Below are positions 1 to 9,321 of a stretch of DNA of 64,000 nucleotides, one piece after another. Location: NCBI GenBank assembly GCA_035656275.1, contig DASRSW010000062.1, positions 986 to 64,985 on the forward strand. Direction: 5' to 3'. The notes beneath the pieces are model-generated. The model had not been told where the DNA came from. It worked only from the letters and a program-made list of their open reading frames with translations, and searched no databases. The position numbers and the translations under genes are program-made. Each line of letters starts with the position of its first letter. Position 1 is the stretch's first letter. Source of the DNA: Thermoplasmata archaeon (GTDB lineage Archaea; Thermoplasmatota; Thermoplasmata; Lutacidiplasmatales; UBA184).

Positions 1-38
1 CGGGTGTGCAGGCGCCCCTTGGGGGAATTGCTGCTAGA
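1..38 (+). promoter_or_regulatory. Conserved leader element, copy 1 (upstream of secreted protein 133..966)
   Basis: CGGGTGTGCA-GGCGCCCCTTGGGGGAATTGCTGCTAGA matches 12789..12827 at 34 of 39 aligned positions. Confidence 0.55.
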
Positions 39-132
39 TTGGGGCGGCGCAAATCTCTGGACACTACATTACAGTGTGACAACCTAGCAACCTACATCTA
101 CCCACACCACACTGTGGCGTGCGAGGTCCCTT

Positions 133-966
133 ATGGGAAGTCTTCGACTCTGGAAAGCGATCCCTGGACGGAAACCCATTCGAGCAGGACTAACCGGCAT
201 CGGCGGAGCGCTGGTCGCGCTGATCCTAGTCGCGGCCCCGATCTCCGCCTACACTTGGCATGGAACGACTTGGAATGCGCTGGGAACCACGTCGGCTGCT
301 GGTATCGTCTCCGGAACTGGCGTCGTCACCCCTGCTCTTGGGCAGCCGACCGCGGCTGGTCCGGGTCCCGTTACGGTGACCTTCGGCGCCTCCGCCTCCA
401 CAGGAGGTGGGGTGGGGCAGGCGAACTACATTCAAACGGCCCATGCATGGACAGCGACGACCTTTGTGGCGTGGAAACCCGCCGGGTCGCACTACAACAC
501 CAGCGTCCTTTACGGATTCAAGCTGGCCGCAGGCGACCTGAGCGAGACCGTGAACTGCTATGCCGGTGGTTCGGCCAACGCCACCGCCGTCATCTACGTC
601 GAGATCGCGATTTACGACGTAACGACGGGGGTCTACGCGGCCGCCCTTGGGCCAACGCCGACGCTCACGCCTCACGGGGCTTGGGGCCTTATCGCTGCGT
701 TTGCGACACCAGCAGCCCCATTCAATGTGGCCTGCATAGGAGTAGGAACCGTGACGGCCAACAGCCTGGCGATGACCATTCCCCCCTACGGGAACCTGAC
801 GGGGCCGATCGGGATCGTGCTGAATCCTGGAAACACGTACCAGATCGAGGGCTTCTTGGGGGCCTACGTCGGAGCGCAAACGACTATCGGTGGCGCGACT
901 GCGAGCGCGACGATTTCGTTTGCGCCGGGAGACGTTGCGGAGATCGTCAACGCGAACGCGTGGTGA
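133..966 (+). CDS. Secreted Ala/Gly/Thr-rich beta-strand protein (possible fibre or surface subunit), paralog 1
   Basis: Basic N-region, hydrophobic stretch and APISA cleavage-like site; two Cys; N-x-S/T sequons; C-terminal Trp; clearly homologous to 12923..13720. Confidence 0.8.
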   Translation: MGSLRLWKAIPGRKPIRAGLTGIGGALVALILVAAPISAYTWHGTTWNALGTTSAAGIVSGTGVVTPALGQPTAAGPGPVTVTFGASASTGGGVGQANYIQTAHAWTATTFVAWKPAGSHYNTSVLYGFKLAAGDLSETVNCYAGGSANATAVIYVEIAIYDVTTGVYAAALGPTPTLTPHGAWGLIAAFATPAAPFNVACIGVGTVTANSLAMTIPPYGNLTGPIGIVLNPGNTYQIEGFLGAYVGAQTTIGGATASATISFAPGDVAEIVNANAW

Positions 967-983
967 AGCGCGTCCAAGAGGGA

Positions 984-1019
984 CGGGCCGATCGGCCCGC
1001 CGGCTAACCCCGGCGGGCC
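984..1019. terminator. GC-rich hairpin(s) between convergent genes
   Basis: GGCCCGCCGG-CTAACC-CCGGCGGGCC (994..1019, 10-bp stem) overlaps the 16-bp palindrome CGGGCCGATCGGCCCG (984..999). Confidence 0.5.
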
Positions 1020-1049
1020 AAATCCTTTCCTCGGCCGCGGGCCTAGCTC

Positions 1050-2744
1050 TTACGAACCCACAGCCGATGCGGAATCGAGTCCGAGTGACCTAAGGATCTG
1101 CCCTTGGTTTCGAGCCACGAACGCGTTCCGGATCGTGTAGACTCTTTCAGTCAGCTGGTTCCGACGGAGTCTCAGGAAGTCCTCCGTCACGTCGGCCGGT
1201 CGTTGAGTCAACCCCTCCGCATCGGCTCCGGCTTCGTGAATGTCGGCGAGACCTTCAACGAGCCCGAGAAGCATCTCGTTGCTCTCCCTCGTTACCTCCC
1301 TGAGCGATTTCTCATAGGATTCGGCTCCGTCCAGGTCGGGGAAGAGGCGTTCGCTTACGGCTCGCTCTTCCCATACACTCTTGAGAAGAGTCGAAAGCGC
1401 CCCGTTCCCATGAATCCATCCCGCGAAATTGACGAGTGGGGCCAGTTCCTCATAGAAAGCGTTCAAACGAGGATCGAGAAAGTCATAGTCGGGATTACAG
1501 ACGTCCCCACGGAACCGCCCGGTGGACTCCAGGGTCTTCTTGATCGGAGTGCCGTCGTACGGAAGCATTCGACAGAAGATCGCCGGATTGGTGCCGTCGC
1601 CGACGATCTGACGAAGGAAGCGAACGTTGGAGCGGACCGAATCGAACGTGCTTGAGGGATCGAGGAGCATGAAGCCGAAATCAAAGCGGATTCCGAGGCT
1701 CTTGAGAATCGATACAGCCCGAAGATTCTCCTCCACTGTCGTCCCCTTGTTCAACGTCTCGAGGCCCTCCTCCGTACCGGACTCGAGACCCATGTAGACC
1801 ATGTAGAGTCCGGCCTCCTTGAGCCTCGCGAATAAGGTCGATTCCACCGAGTCCGCCCGACAATTGATCTTCCAGATGGTGCGCTCCGGCAGCTTCGACC
1901 CGTGAAGTTCGCCGAGCAACTCATCGGTCCAGCGGCGCCAGGCTGGACCGAAAAGCGGGAAGTCATCGTCCTGGAACAGGAAGATGCTTGCGTCTTTCCG
2001 TTCGCGAAGGTGCAACATTTCGCGGACGACCTCCGCCGGACGGCGGGTCCGTACGACTTTGCCTCGGACGGAACGATAGAAGGCGTGGATCGAACAGAAG
2101 GAGCAAGTCCGGGAGCACCCTCGGCTGGCAAGTATCGGCATGATCCTTCGGCCCAGAATCATGTCACCGTCGTACTCTCGGTCGGGGAATGGCAGGTCGT
2201 CAAGGTTCGTAATCAGAGGGCGCAGCTCGTTGCAGACCCCCCCAATATCGCCCCGATAAGCGATGCCCCGAAGGTCATGCCACTCTCGGTGGGTTGCGAC
2301 TCGATCGACCAGCTCAAGGAGTGTCTGTTCTCCCTCGAACCGGACGACGCTGTCCAGATCAGGGATCAGATCGAGGGTCCGCTCCCAACTGAGACTGGGA
2401 AAGTGGCCTCCGATCGTGAAGTGAGACGACACGCCATGGGACCGAAAATAGCGGGCAAGGTACGCGAATCGGTGGACATGGAACTGAAAAATCAGGGAGA
2501 ATCCGATGACGCTGGGCTGCTCTTGCTGCGCCCGGCCCAAAAGCGTCTCGGCCTCGTCCTCGAAGTCGCCCACGATTACCTTGTACCCCTCTTGGCGAAC
2601 CACAGCCGAAAGGTAACCGAGCCCCAAGTTCCCCTGTTGTTGGAACCCAATGAGCATGACCGGACGCGACAAGTCTCGAGCGAAAGTCGAATCAACTCTT
2701 CCTTCGAGCCTCGAGAGCTGAACGAAGGAGGGGCCGACCGTCAT
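1050..2744 (-). CDS. Cobalamin (B12)-binding radical SAM protein
   Basis: NLGLGYL, GGHFPS and RFEGEQT B12-domain motifs; SRGCSRTCSFC (CxxxCxxC); FQDDDF; MGLESG. Confidence 0.93.
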   Translation of the reverse strand: MTVGPSFVQLSRLEGRVDSTFARDLSRPVMLIGFQQQGNLGLGYLSAVVRQEGYKVIVGDFEDEAETLLGRAQQEQPSVIGFSLIFQFHVHRFAYLARYFRSHGVSSHFTIGGHFPSLSWERTLDLIPDLDSVVRFEGEQTLLELVDRVATHREWHDLRGIAYRGDIGGVCNELRPLITNLDDLPFPDREYDGDMILGRRIMPILASRGCSRTCSFCSIHAFYRSVRGKVVRTRRPAEVVREMLHLRERKDASIFLFQDDDFPLFGPAWRRWTDELLGELHGSKLPERTIWKINCRADSVESTLFARLKEAGLYMVYMGLESGTEEGLETLNKGTTVEENLRAVSILKSLGIRFDFGFMLLDPSSTFDSVRSNVRFLRQIVGDGTNPAIFCRMLPYDGTPIKKTLESTGRFRGDVCNPDYDFLDPRLNAFYEELAPLVNFAGWIHGNGALSTLLKSVWEERAVSERLFPDLDGAESYEKSLREVTRESNEMLLGLVEGLADIHEAGADAEGLTQRPADVTEDFLRLRRNQLTERVYTIRNAFVARNQGQILRSLGLDSASAVGS

Positions 2745-2759
2745 GCTCGGGGGCCGGCG

Positions 2760-2990
2760 CTAACGAGTGAGCGTCTTGGCGATCCTCTCGTTAGCCGAGA
2801 TCTGGGCATCAATCATAGCTCTCTGGGCTGTGAGCATCGCTCGCTCCCGCTCGAGCACGATCCCGGCGAGCTGCACCTGGAGCTCCCTCGAGAGCAAGGA
2901 AAGAACCCAGGGAACGGGATCTCCGATCGGCCACCGCGGAAGGCGCAACACTTCTGCAAGCATCTCGGCCTGCCTGTCTTGCTCTGGCAT
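2760..2990 (-). CDS. Small 76-aa protein with RWPIGDPVPW motif and C-terminal amphipathic helix; candidate radical SAM substrate or precursor
   Basis: Co-oriented, 15 bp upstream of the radical SAM gene; ATG start; helical heptad pattern. Confidence 0.7.
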   Translation of the reverse strand: MPEQDRQAEMLAEVLRLPRWPIGDPVPWVLSLLSRELQVQLAGIVLERERAMLTAQRAMIDAQISANERIAKTLTR

Positions 2991-3313
2991 GGCAGGGACA
3001 TTGATATCCCCGATTAAAATCTATCTGACGGCCCTAGACACTTACCTACTACACCGGACCTTGTCCCAGAGGCTGAAGGTCAACCCGATAGCGCCCGAAT
3101 GGGGGATTGGCGCTAGCCGCGCGATTGGTTCCCGGAGTAGTCTCGATGAGCGCAGCCCCCGCCCTGCGTGCGACCTCTCGGCGAGGCTGTAGGCCAAGTC
3201 TCTGTGCGAGCCAGTCTACCCCCGGCAGGATAGGTCGCCACAGTAGTTGACGGCAGAATAGCGATCGCCGCTTCTCTGGGACAGGGAGCTTCGACGCAGG
3301 CAAGAGAAAGCCG

Positions 3314-3330
3314 CCTGACAAGGTTCGAAC
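3314..3330 (+). repeat. Dispersed island motif copy CCTGACAAGG-TTCGAAC
   Basis: One-base-deletion variant of the motif at 5047. Confidence 0.65.
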
Positions 3331-3681
3331 TCGCCGACGAGCTCGGAAAGCAATCTGCCCTTCGTCGAGGTCTTCCCCGGCGAGAGCCCCCGCGACCCGG
3401 AGCTGCGGTGGGGTCCGGTAGCGACGTGTCTCTGTGGAGGTCCCGCGCGAAAGGACTCACACGGCCGCGTCGCGGTGGGGCGCTCGTGAAGCTGAACGCT
3501 ACGCGGGCTGGGAGGGTCGATGGTTTCCCCATTGTCGGGAAACCGATTGGCCAACAGGGCAAGGATTGGAAGGTACTCAGCTCCGATTGAAGAAAACACG
3601 CGGCTGGTCAAGTCAGGGACCTCCCCCGCGGAGGATCGACTGAGGAGTCCAATGGCAGCCGATCTGACGTCGAGCGCGTAG

Positions 3682-4065
3682 CTACGCCTTCGAGAGCTCT
3701 TGTATCAGCCCTCCAAGGTCAGAGTTCAGGAGGCTGGTCCTTCGACTTAGGATCACTCGTGCGGCGCCGGTGCATGGATCGTCGGGGTCGAAGGGGGGGA
3801 TCTTGTAGAGCCTCGTCGACCTGTGGAACAGGTTGGCGTCTGCGACTTTCACAGATAGCGCCCGAGCTTGGTGGAGTGTCCTGGCAGAGATGACCGCCTC
3901 CACGAATCGCACGTCGGCTGGCCGGAGCCTCAGTCGGGCTGACTCGTGACCGAGCAAGGTCCGGTAATTCGACATGGCACTGCGGAACGTGGGGTCGATG
4001 CGTACTCCCTCTTTCCTAGCGCGCACCTGGACTAAGTCGATGACTCCTTTAGCTGAACGGGGCAT
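3682..4065 (-). CDS. Hypothetical protein, 127 aa
   Basis: ATG-started ORF with plausible composition and no competing long ORF. Confidence 0.45.
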   Translation of the reverse strand: MPRSAKGVIDLVQVRARKEGVRIDPTFRSAMSNYRTLLGHESARLRLRPADVRFVEAVISARTLHQARALSVKVADANLFHRSTRLYKIPPFDPDDPCTGAARVILSRRTSLLNSDLGGLIQELSKA

Positions 4066-4092
4066 ACGGGCCGTAATGTATTACGGGTTAAG

Positions 4093-4968
4093 GTGATTGT
4101 CTTGGATACCGAGGATTCACAAGCTAGCGAAACGCCTGCCCTGGACACGACCCCCCTGCCGGTAACTCCATCGAGAATGGGATCATCCGGCGGTCTCGGG
4201 CAAGGGCTGGTCGCTCAGCCGCCATCAGGAGCGACCATGGATGGCGCGTTATCTCAGAAGAGACGCACCGCGAACAAGGAAGGTAAGCCTTCGGAGCTGC
4301 AGACCAAGATCGCAGAGCTTCACGGGATTCTCGCGGTCGCGTCGGAGAATGGACTCTTCGCGAAGGGGGCGGCTGGAGAGCGTCACTTCGCGGCGTTAAA
4401 GACATCGCTCGAGCGAGCGTCGGTTCTCTCAGACGGTGAGGTTCCGAGTGAACACGAGGCATACTCCGCCCTCCAGGATTTCTACAAGGAACTGAGTGAA
4501 GCGCAGAATGAGGCGGGGTTTGGATGGCGGTTCGTCCAGCTGTACGCAGTCCCGGCGTGGATCTACCTGGTGCTTACTCCGTTGGCGGTCTACTTCATTC
4601 AGAACTGGTACCACCTCTTGCCAAGCTCGCCCATTCTCGAAGCATCAATATGGGGACTTCTGGGTGGCTGCCTGCAGGGTTTCTACTGGATCTGGCAACA
4701 AGTGAGCCGCGGACAATTCAGGGCACAGTGGGCCTTCTGGGTGCTCTCACTTCCCCCGGGCGGACTGATCTTCGGGGCGATTGCCTATCTGGTCGTCACC
4801 GGAGGATTGTTGTCGCTGTTCACCACGTCGCCGCCTGCCATCAACGAGACATCGGCCTTTCTTTTCTCCGCATTGGCCGGCTTCAGCTGGAAGGACTTTG
4901 CTCGCCTGCTGAAACAGTTCTGGGATCGACTGGGAACGGAACCTGCAAAAGGTCAAGCAACCAAGTGA
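4093..4968 (+). CDS. Membrane protein with about 4 C-terminal TM helices (start may be ATG 4237)
   Basis: Helical N-terminal region, then hydrophobic segments (WGLLGGCLQG, GLIFGAIAYL, FLFSALAGFS). Confidence 0.7.
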   Translation: MIVLDTEDSQASETPALDTTPLPVTPSRMGSSGGLGQGLVAQPPSGATMDGALSQKRRTANKEGKPSELQTKIAELHGILAVASENGLFAKGAAGERHFAALKTSLERASVLSDGEVPSEHEAYSALQDFYKELSEAQNEAGFGWRFVQLYAVPAWIYLVLTPLAVYFIQNWYHLLPSSPILEASIWGLLGGCLQGFYWIWQQVSRGQFRAQWAFWVLSLPPGGLIFGAIAYLVVTGGLLSLFTTSPPAINETSAFLFSALAGFSWKDFARLLKQFWDRLGTEPAKGQATK

Positions 4969-5046
4969 CTCGCTTAACGCGCGGGAGCCTCTGTTGACGA
5001 CGATCTCCTAGGCACAGAACCAGGGTGGGAACCCGGTTGGTCGAGT

Positions 5047-5064
5047 CCTGACAAGGATTCGAAC
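5047..5064 (+). repeat. Dispersed island motif copy CCTGACAAGGATTCGAAC
   Basis: 5046..5063 is identical to 22126..22143; 5055..5079 matches 19051..19075 at 23 of 25 positions. Confidence 0.75.
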
Positions 5065-5415
5065 CGCCCAGCGTTTCAAAAGCTCTGGATTCGAGGGTAG
5101 GCATGTTATGGGGAGTTTCGGGGATTCGAGAGTCCATCCCCGGGTGGTCGACCACCTTTGTCCTCGGGTGTTGGGCGAGATTTCGTACTCATCCTGCACG
5201 GCCCGCGTCTCGCCCGGGATTCTCGGATGCTCAGATTCAACGTTCGTTCTGCGGGGGATCGGCTGGACCCCAGTTGGCGAGTTGTGTTCCACCGAGGAGC
5301 GAATTCCACTTGCGCCCCTCATCAGGTCCTTCCGAAGGCACCTGCATCTTCCTGATTCGTCTGCTCGGTACGGCAAGGAAGGATTGCAACCGAACGACCT
5401 CTCGGCCCGGTATGA

Positions 5416-7107
5416 CTACGGGAAGAGGCCGGTGTCGGGAAGCGGATCAACTTGAATGGGTATGGCTCCGCCATAGGTCACCCGTGGAGTCGGATTGTCT
5501 CTGGACCCCGAATCAGGCTTGGAAACTGTCGAGTCGTTCGCCTTAAACACCCTATGGTAACGCAGCATCGCCTCATTCGCAGACTGAGCTCTACCGAGGT
5601 CCGTATACACCTCGATTAGCGCGGGCAATAGGACGAAGCCTTCCAGCGCCATGTAGTTCGCCTGAAGAATCCTGTCAGCTTCCTCCAAGTATGGTAGGGC
5701 TTGTGTGGGCATGCCAGCCACACGGTAAAGATTGCCGAGAAGGCTAGATAGTCGAGCCCTGATCGCCGGAGGTAGTACTGTTCGATATCGTTCTAGTAGG
5801 TCTTCGATAACCAGGATGCCCTCTGCGGCGCCATCCGGCTCTTCAAGGATGCAGTTGGCGTACAGCAGTTTGCATTGGGCTTCTAGCATCGGACTCGGAT
5901 TGTTCAGGAGGTCCAACAATTGTACTGCTGTTGCGCTGTACAGGAACATCCTGGCTCGCATCTGTTGCACACGGCGAGTTACATCGAAGGGGGTTGAAGT
6001 CTCTGTGGAGCCAAGTTGCACCTGTCGGATTGTCGCGATTCTTCGTCCCACGGCAACCGCCGCAATGTAGTTTGTAATCAGCCTGTCCTCGACAGATTCT
6101 GCTGTCAAACTCATGCGGCTAAGATCAGCGGAGGGGATTTCTACCATGGACTTGCCGGAGTCGAAGGTACCCCACCAGGCCGCCTCTGTTAGGTTGAGGC
6201 GTATCACCGTCTGGCAGAACTGACGGGCGTTCGATAGGTGATACTGCAGCTTGTTGAGCTTTAGTCGGGGACTGGCTTGATGGACCGCTTTAGGACGGAC
6301 GAAGTCCTCCGTGATGGAGAGTCTTGCCAGAAGTTTGGCCAGGAGCGCTCTCGTATCGCACTTGACAGCGGTTCCGTGTAGTGATCCCTTCAAGTCGCTC
6401 CTGAGAACTGCGTTCAGGTCCTCGACCTGGAACCCCGGCCCTGCCTCCTGGTGATTGACCAATATCAGTCTGCTATCAGTCGGACCGATGTCTCTGAGAG
6501 TTGGGTTAATGTCGAAGTAGTCAGAAAAGCTGTAACCAAGTACTAGCACGAGCCCATGCCCATCTTTTGCTAGGAGCTCTTCTAGACTTGAGCGGAGCTC
6601 CGGCCTGGCCTGATTACGAACAAGCTCCTCTGACGTGGCCTTAACGGAAGCGGGGTCAGAGGCTCGCCCGTGAAGATGGTCAACGTCCAGCCTGAACTCC
6701 TCAGTGGGGTCCAATCGAAACCGGCCCGACCGGCTAAGAGAATTGGCCGCTTTCTCCACAAGTTCATCAAAGTTTGTCGTCACTACCCGTCTGGTGCAGC
6801 CCGCCGACATAATCGCGGCGATGGCGTAGTGCTCGAACGTTGGCTCCGCCGATGAAAATACATCCAGCAGTTCGCCGTAGAAAGAACCACCAAGTGATCC
6901 GATTATCACCTCAAGCGGGAGCTGTCTCACTCGAGGAGGAATCGGGTCGAGCCACAGCGCCGACAAAATTGAATTCGAGATGCTGAGAGCACCAGGGATT
7001 CCCGATGGTATCGAGACTCCCGCACCTAACCATAATGCTAGCTCGCCGCGTCTCGCGGAGCCAGCCAGAATCTCGATGATACCGTCAACAGAGTCCGGAG
7101 TCGTCAT
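5416..7107 (-). CDS. SIR2-like domain protein with C-terminal TPR-like helices (putative defence NADase)
   Basis: LWLGAGVSIPSGIP, TTNFDELVE, HLHG and LVLGYSFSD SIR2 motifs; LLGNLYRVAGMPTQALPYLEEA TPR-like segment. Confidence 0.85.
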   Translation of the reverse strand: MTTPDSVDGIIEILAGSARRGELALWLGAGVSIPSGIPGALSISNSILSALWLDPIPPRVRQLPLEVIIGSLGGSFYGELLDVFSSAEPTFEHYAIAAIMSAGCTRRVVTTNFDELVEKAANSLSRSGRFRLDPTEEFRLDVDHLHGRASDPASVKATSEELVRNQARPELRSSLEELLAKDGHGLVLVLGYSFSDYFDINPTLRDIGPTDSRLILVNHQEAGPGFQVEDLNAVLRSDLKGSLHGTAVKCDTRALLAKLLARLSITEDFVRPKAVHQASPRLKLNKLQYHLSNARQFCQTVIRLNLTEAAWWGTFDSGKSMVEIPSADLSRMSLTAESVEDRLITNYIAAVAVGRRIATIRQVQLGSTETSTPFDVTRRVQQMRARMFLYSATAVQLLDLLNNPSPMLEAQCKLLYANCILEEPDGAAEGILVIEDLLERYRTVLPPAIRARLSSLLGNLYRVAGMPTQALPYLEEADRILQANYMALEGFVLLPALIEVYTDLGRAQSANEAMLRYHRVFKANDSTVSKPDSGSRDNPTPRVTYGGAIPIQVDPLPDTGLFP

Positions 7108-7455
7108 GCTCCTGCCATTGAATTAGAGCGCAAACACTGTTTGAATCTTGGTTGCCCAGGCCCCCACGAGCCGCTTCTGTAATAGCACTCGGCCATTCCA
7201 ACGCCGCCCTCTCAAGCACTCGCGAGCACGATTCGACCGGCGGAAGGTGTTCCCGCCCAGACCCGAGGATCCCGGTGCTTTACCGAGACTAGTGCATCAA
7301 GCCGTCCCAAGCCTGGATGAGGAACCGAACCAGCTCCCTTCCCTGGGCCAGACCCTTGTCCGGTCGCCAACTTCGATGCCGAGTGCGAGTTCTCGTGATA
7401 TAACAGTCCTGGGGGGTTGAGATAGACCGACTTGAGGCAATCCGCCTAGCGCTTC

Positions 7456-8268
7456 CTACAACGTGCAGGTGACGGACTTCACATGGTGGAGGCCCACGAG
7501 GTCAGTGTACTCAACCGTAATGTCCAGCTGCTTCGGATCCTTGGTGAAATGGGACGAGTCGAGCTCAAATTCCGCCTTTTCACCTGCAGGAAGAACGGAA
7601 ACGTATGGCCTCCGATTAGCATCCCATTGACCGGTCGGACTTGAGAACCTCAGGGCGATCGTTACCTCCTCGGCGGGACCAAGGCCAAGGTTTCGGACCC
7701 CGACCCAGCGATGGTCCGCACGTATCAGATGCCCTTCGAATCGATAGTAGGGATCCATTGCAGGAGCGATCTTTGCGCGCTCAGTGCTGTGGCGCTCAGA
7801 CTCTGCCATGCGTTTCGCTTCCCCAGCTTCTGCAGTGAGCGAAACTATGCGGTCTTCCGCAGCGTGAAGGCGGTCCTCGAGCCGTCTTCTGTCTTCCGCG
7901 GCCTCTCGCCGCGTGTTCGTTACCTGCTCGCGAAGCTCCTTCTCGACGGCTTCGGCGGTCAGCTTTGCCTCCGAGGCTTCGCGTTGAACTCGCGAAATTT
8001 CCTGATCCTTCAGAGAAGAGTCTCTGCGCGAGGCATCCAACTCGTGTCGGAGGCGCGCGCTCCGCGAAATCGAAGCAACGAGGTAGAATCCGCCCAAGCC
8101 CAGAAGAGCGAGGAGCCCTCCGAAGGCGGATGCTTCGGATGGGTCTGCCCCAAAACGGCTGAGACTGTACGCAATAGCCGCAGCGATCCCTAGGATCGTG
8201 ATTACCGCTGCGAGGTACCCTAGAGGCCGGTCGGATTCTGAGAGCAGGCCCTGGGCTTCTCGCATCAC
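7456..8268 (-). CDS. Membrane protein: 2 TM, coiled coil and C-terminal Ig-like beta domain
   Basis: Two hydrophobic segments, E/R/A-rich heptads, then VRNLGLGPA...ITVEYTDLVG. Confidence 0.7.
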   Translation of the reverse strand: MMREAQGLLSESDRPLGYLAAVITILGIAAAIAYSLSRFGADPSEASAFGGLLALLGLGGFYLVASISRSARLRHELDASRRDSSLKDQEISRVQREASEAKLTAEAVEKELREQVTNTRREAAEDRRRLEDRLHAAEDRIVSLTAEAGEAKRMAESERHSTERAKIAPAMDPYYRFEGHLIRADHRWVGVRNLGLGPAEEVTIALRFSSPTGQWDANRRPYVSVLPAGEKAEFELDSSHFTKDPKQLDITVEYTDLVGLHHVKSVTCTL

Positions 8269-8524
8269 GGCAGACCGTACCGCGAGTGGTGAGATAGAGA
8301 TATTGGGTTCCTATCAAGGAACGGTATCGTAGTGTCCGCGAAGTGTACTGGGTTTCTGCACGCGGCGGAAACCTGAGTGATGTCCTCGGCTGAGCTCGGT
8401 GGCCAACGACAAAAGAACTCTCCTGATGGTCCATGCACCTACACTCCTGCTGCCAATCTTGGGGGCGCTGAGAACCGCACTCCGTGACCGGTATCTTTGA
8501 AAGTTGAACAGGCCCGTTCAGAAC

Positions 8525-8542
8525 CCTCACAAGGATTCGAAC
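8525..8542 (+). repeat. Dispersed island motif copy CCTCACAAGGATTCGAAC
   Basis: 17 of 18 identical to the copy at 5047; intergenic. Confidence 0.7.
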
Positions 8543-8872
8543 CTGGAATAGAACTCGGTCCTCGAGGCCTCCCCAATCGTTCAAGTCTGGGCCGGCCTAT
8601 TCCTTGGGCTGGCACTCCTCGTCACTCGAACCTACGCCTTGCCGGTTGGTGCTGCTGGTAGATCTTCGGAAATCCCTGTCGCGAAATCCTGACTACCGAC
8701 CGTGTCGCAGCCACCTGGCTGAAGCACGTCTCCTAACCTGTCCGACCGCATCCTGGGCGCCTGGGGTGAAATGCAGGCGAGTCCCCTCGCAGATCCATCT
8801 CCGTCACGGTAAGCGAAGATGGGTCTCCAGGTTGCCGCAGCTTTGTTAGGCACAAACGCGAAATGCCTCTGA

Positions 8873-9127
8873 GTGAGTCCTCCATCGATGGCCGAGAAGG
8901 CATTCCGGGTGATCTACACCACACAGTGGCTCGAAGACGGGCGGCCCAAAGTCTACAGTGAGATTGTCTATGGGTTGGAGCCGGTGAGCACGGGTGAAAC
9001 ATTCAAGAAGCGGAAGATGGACGAGCACAAGGGGCTGGTAGTCCGGTTGGTCGCGGTCAACGAGATCCATTTCTCGCCCAAGGGCACACCAAGTGAACCT
9101 TCCATCAGGCTAGTCGTCGGAGACTGA
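8873..9127 (+). CDS. Small hypothetical protein
   Basis: Protein-like composition (start may be ATG 8888). Confidence 0.45.
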   Translation: MSPPSMAEKAFRVIYTTQWLEDGRPKVYSEIVYGLEPVSTGETFKKRKMDEHKGLVVRLVAVNEIHFSPKGTPSEPSIRLVVGD

Positions 9128-9321
9128 AGCTGTCTCTTCTTCCGCCCCGACGCACGCATCTGCCCCCAGCTCTCGGGCAGCCCCTGTACCACGAACCGGC
9201 GCTCTCGAACAGCTCCGTCAATCTCCTGAAGTTTCCCTGAGCAAGAGTTCCGGCTTTCCGCCCTCGTGACATGGGTTGCCACGCGAGTGGTTCGAGGGCG
9301 GACCACAGCCCAGTTCGGCGG

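Noticed and set aside
1902..3017. 371-aa plus-strand ORF
   Set aside because: Antisense to the radical SAM gene and its peptide; no motifs
3555..3572. Further weak motif variants (3555, 22983, 30186)
   Set aside because: Only about 11-13 matching bases, one inside a coding region; not distinguishable from chance by eye
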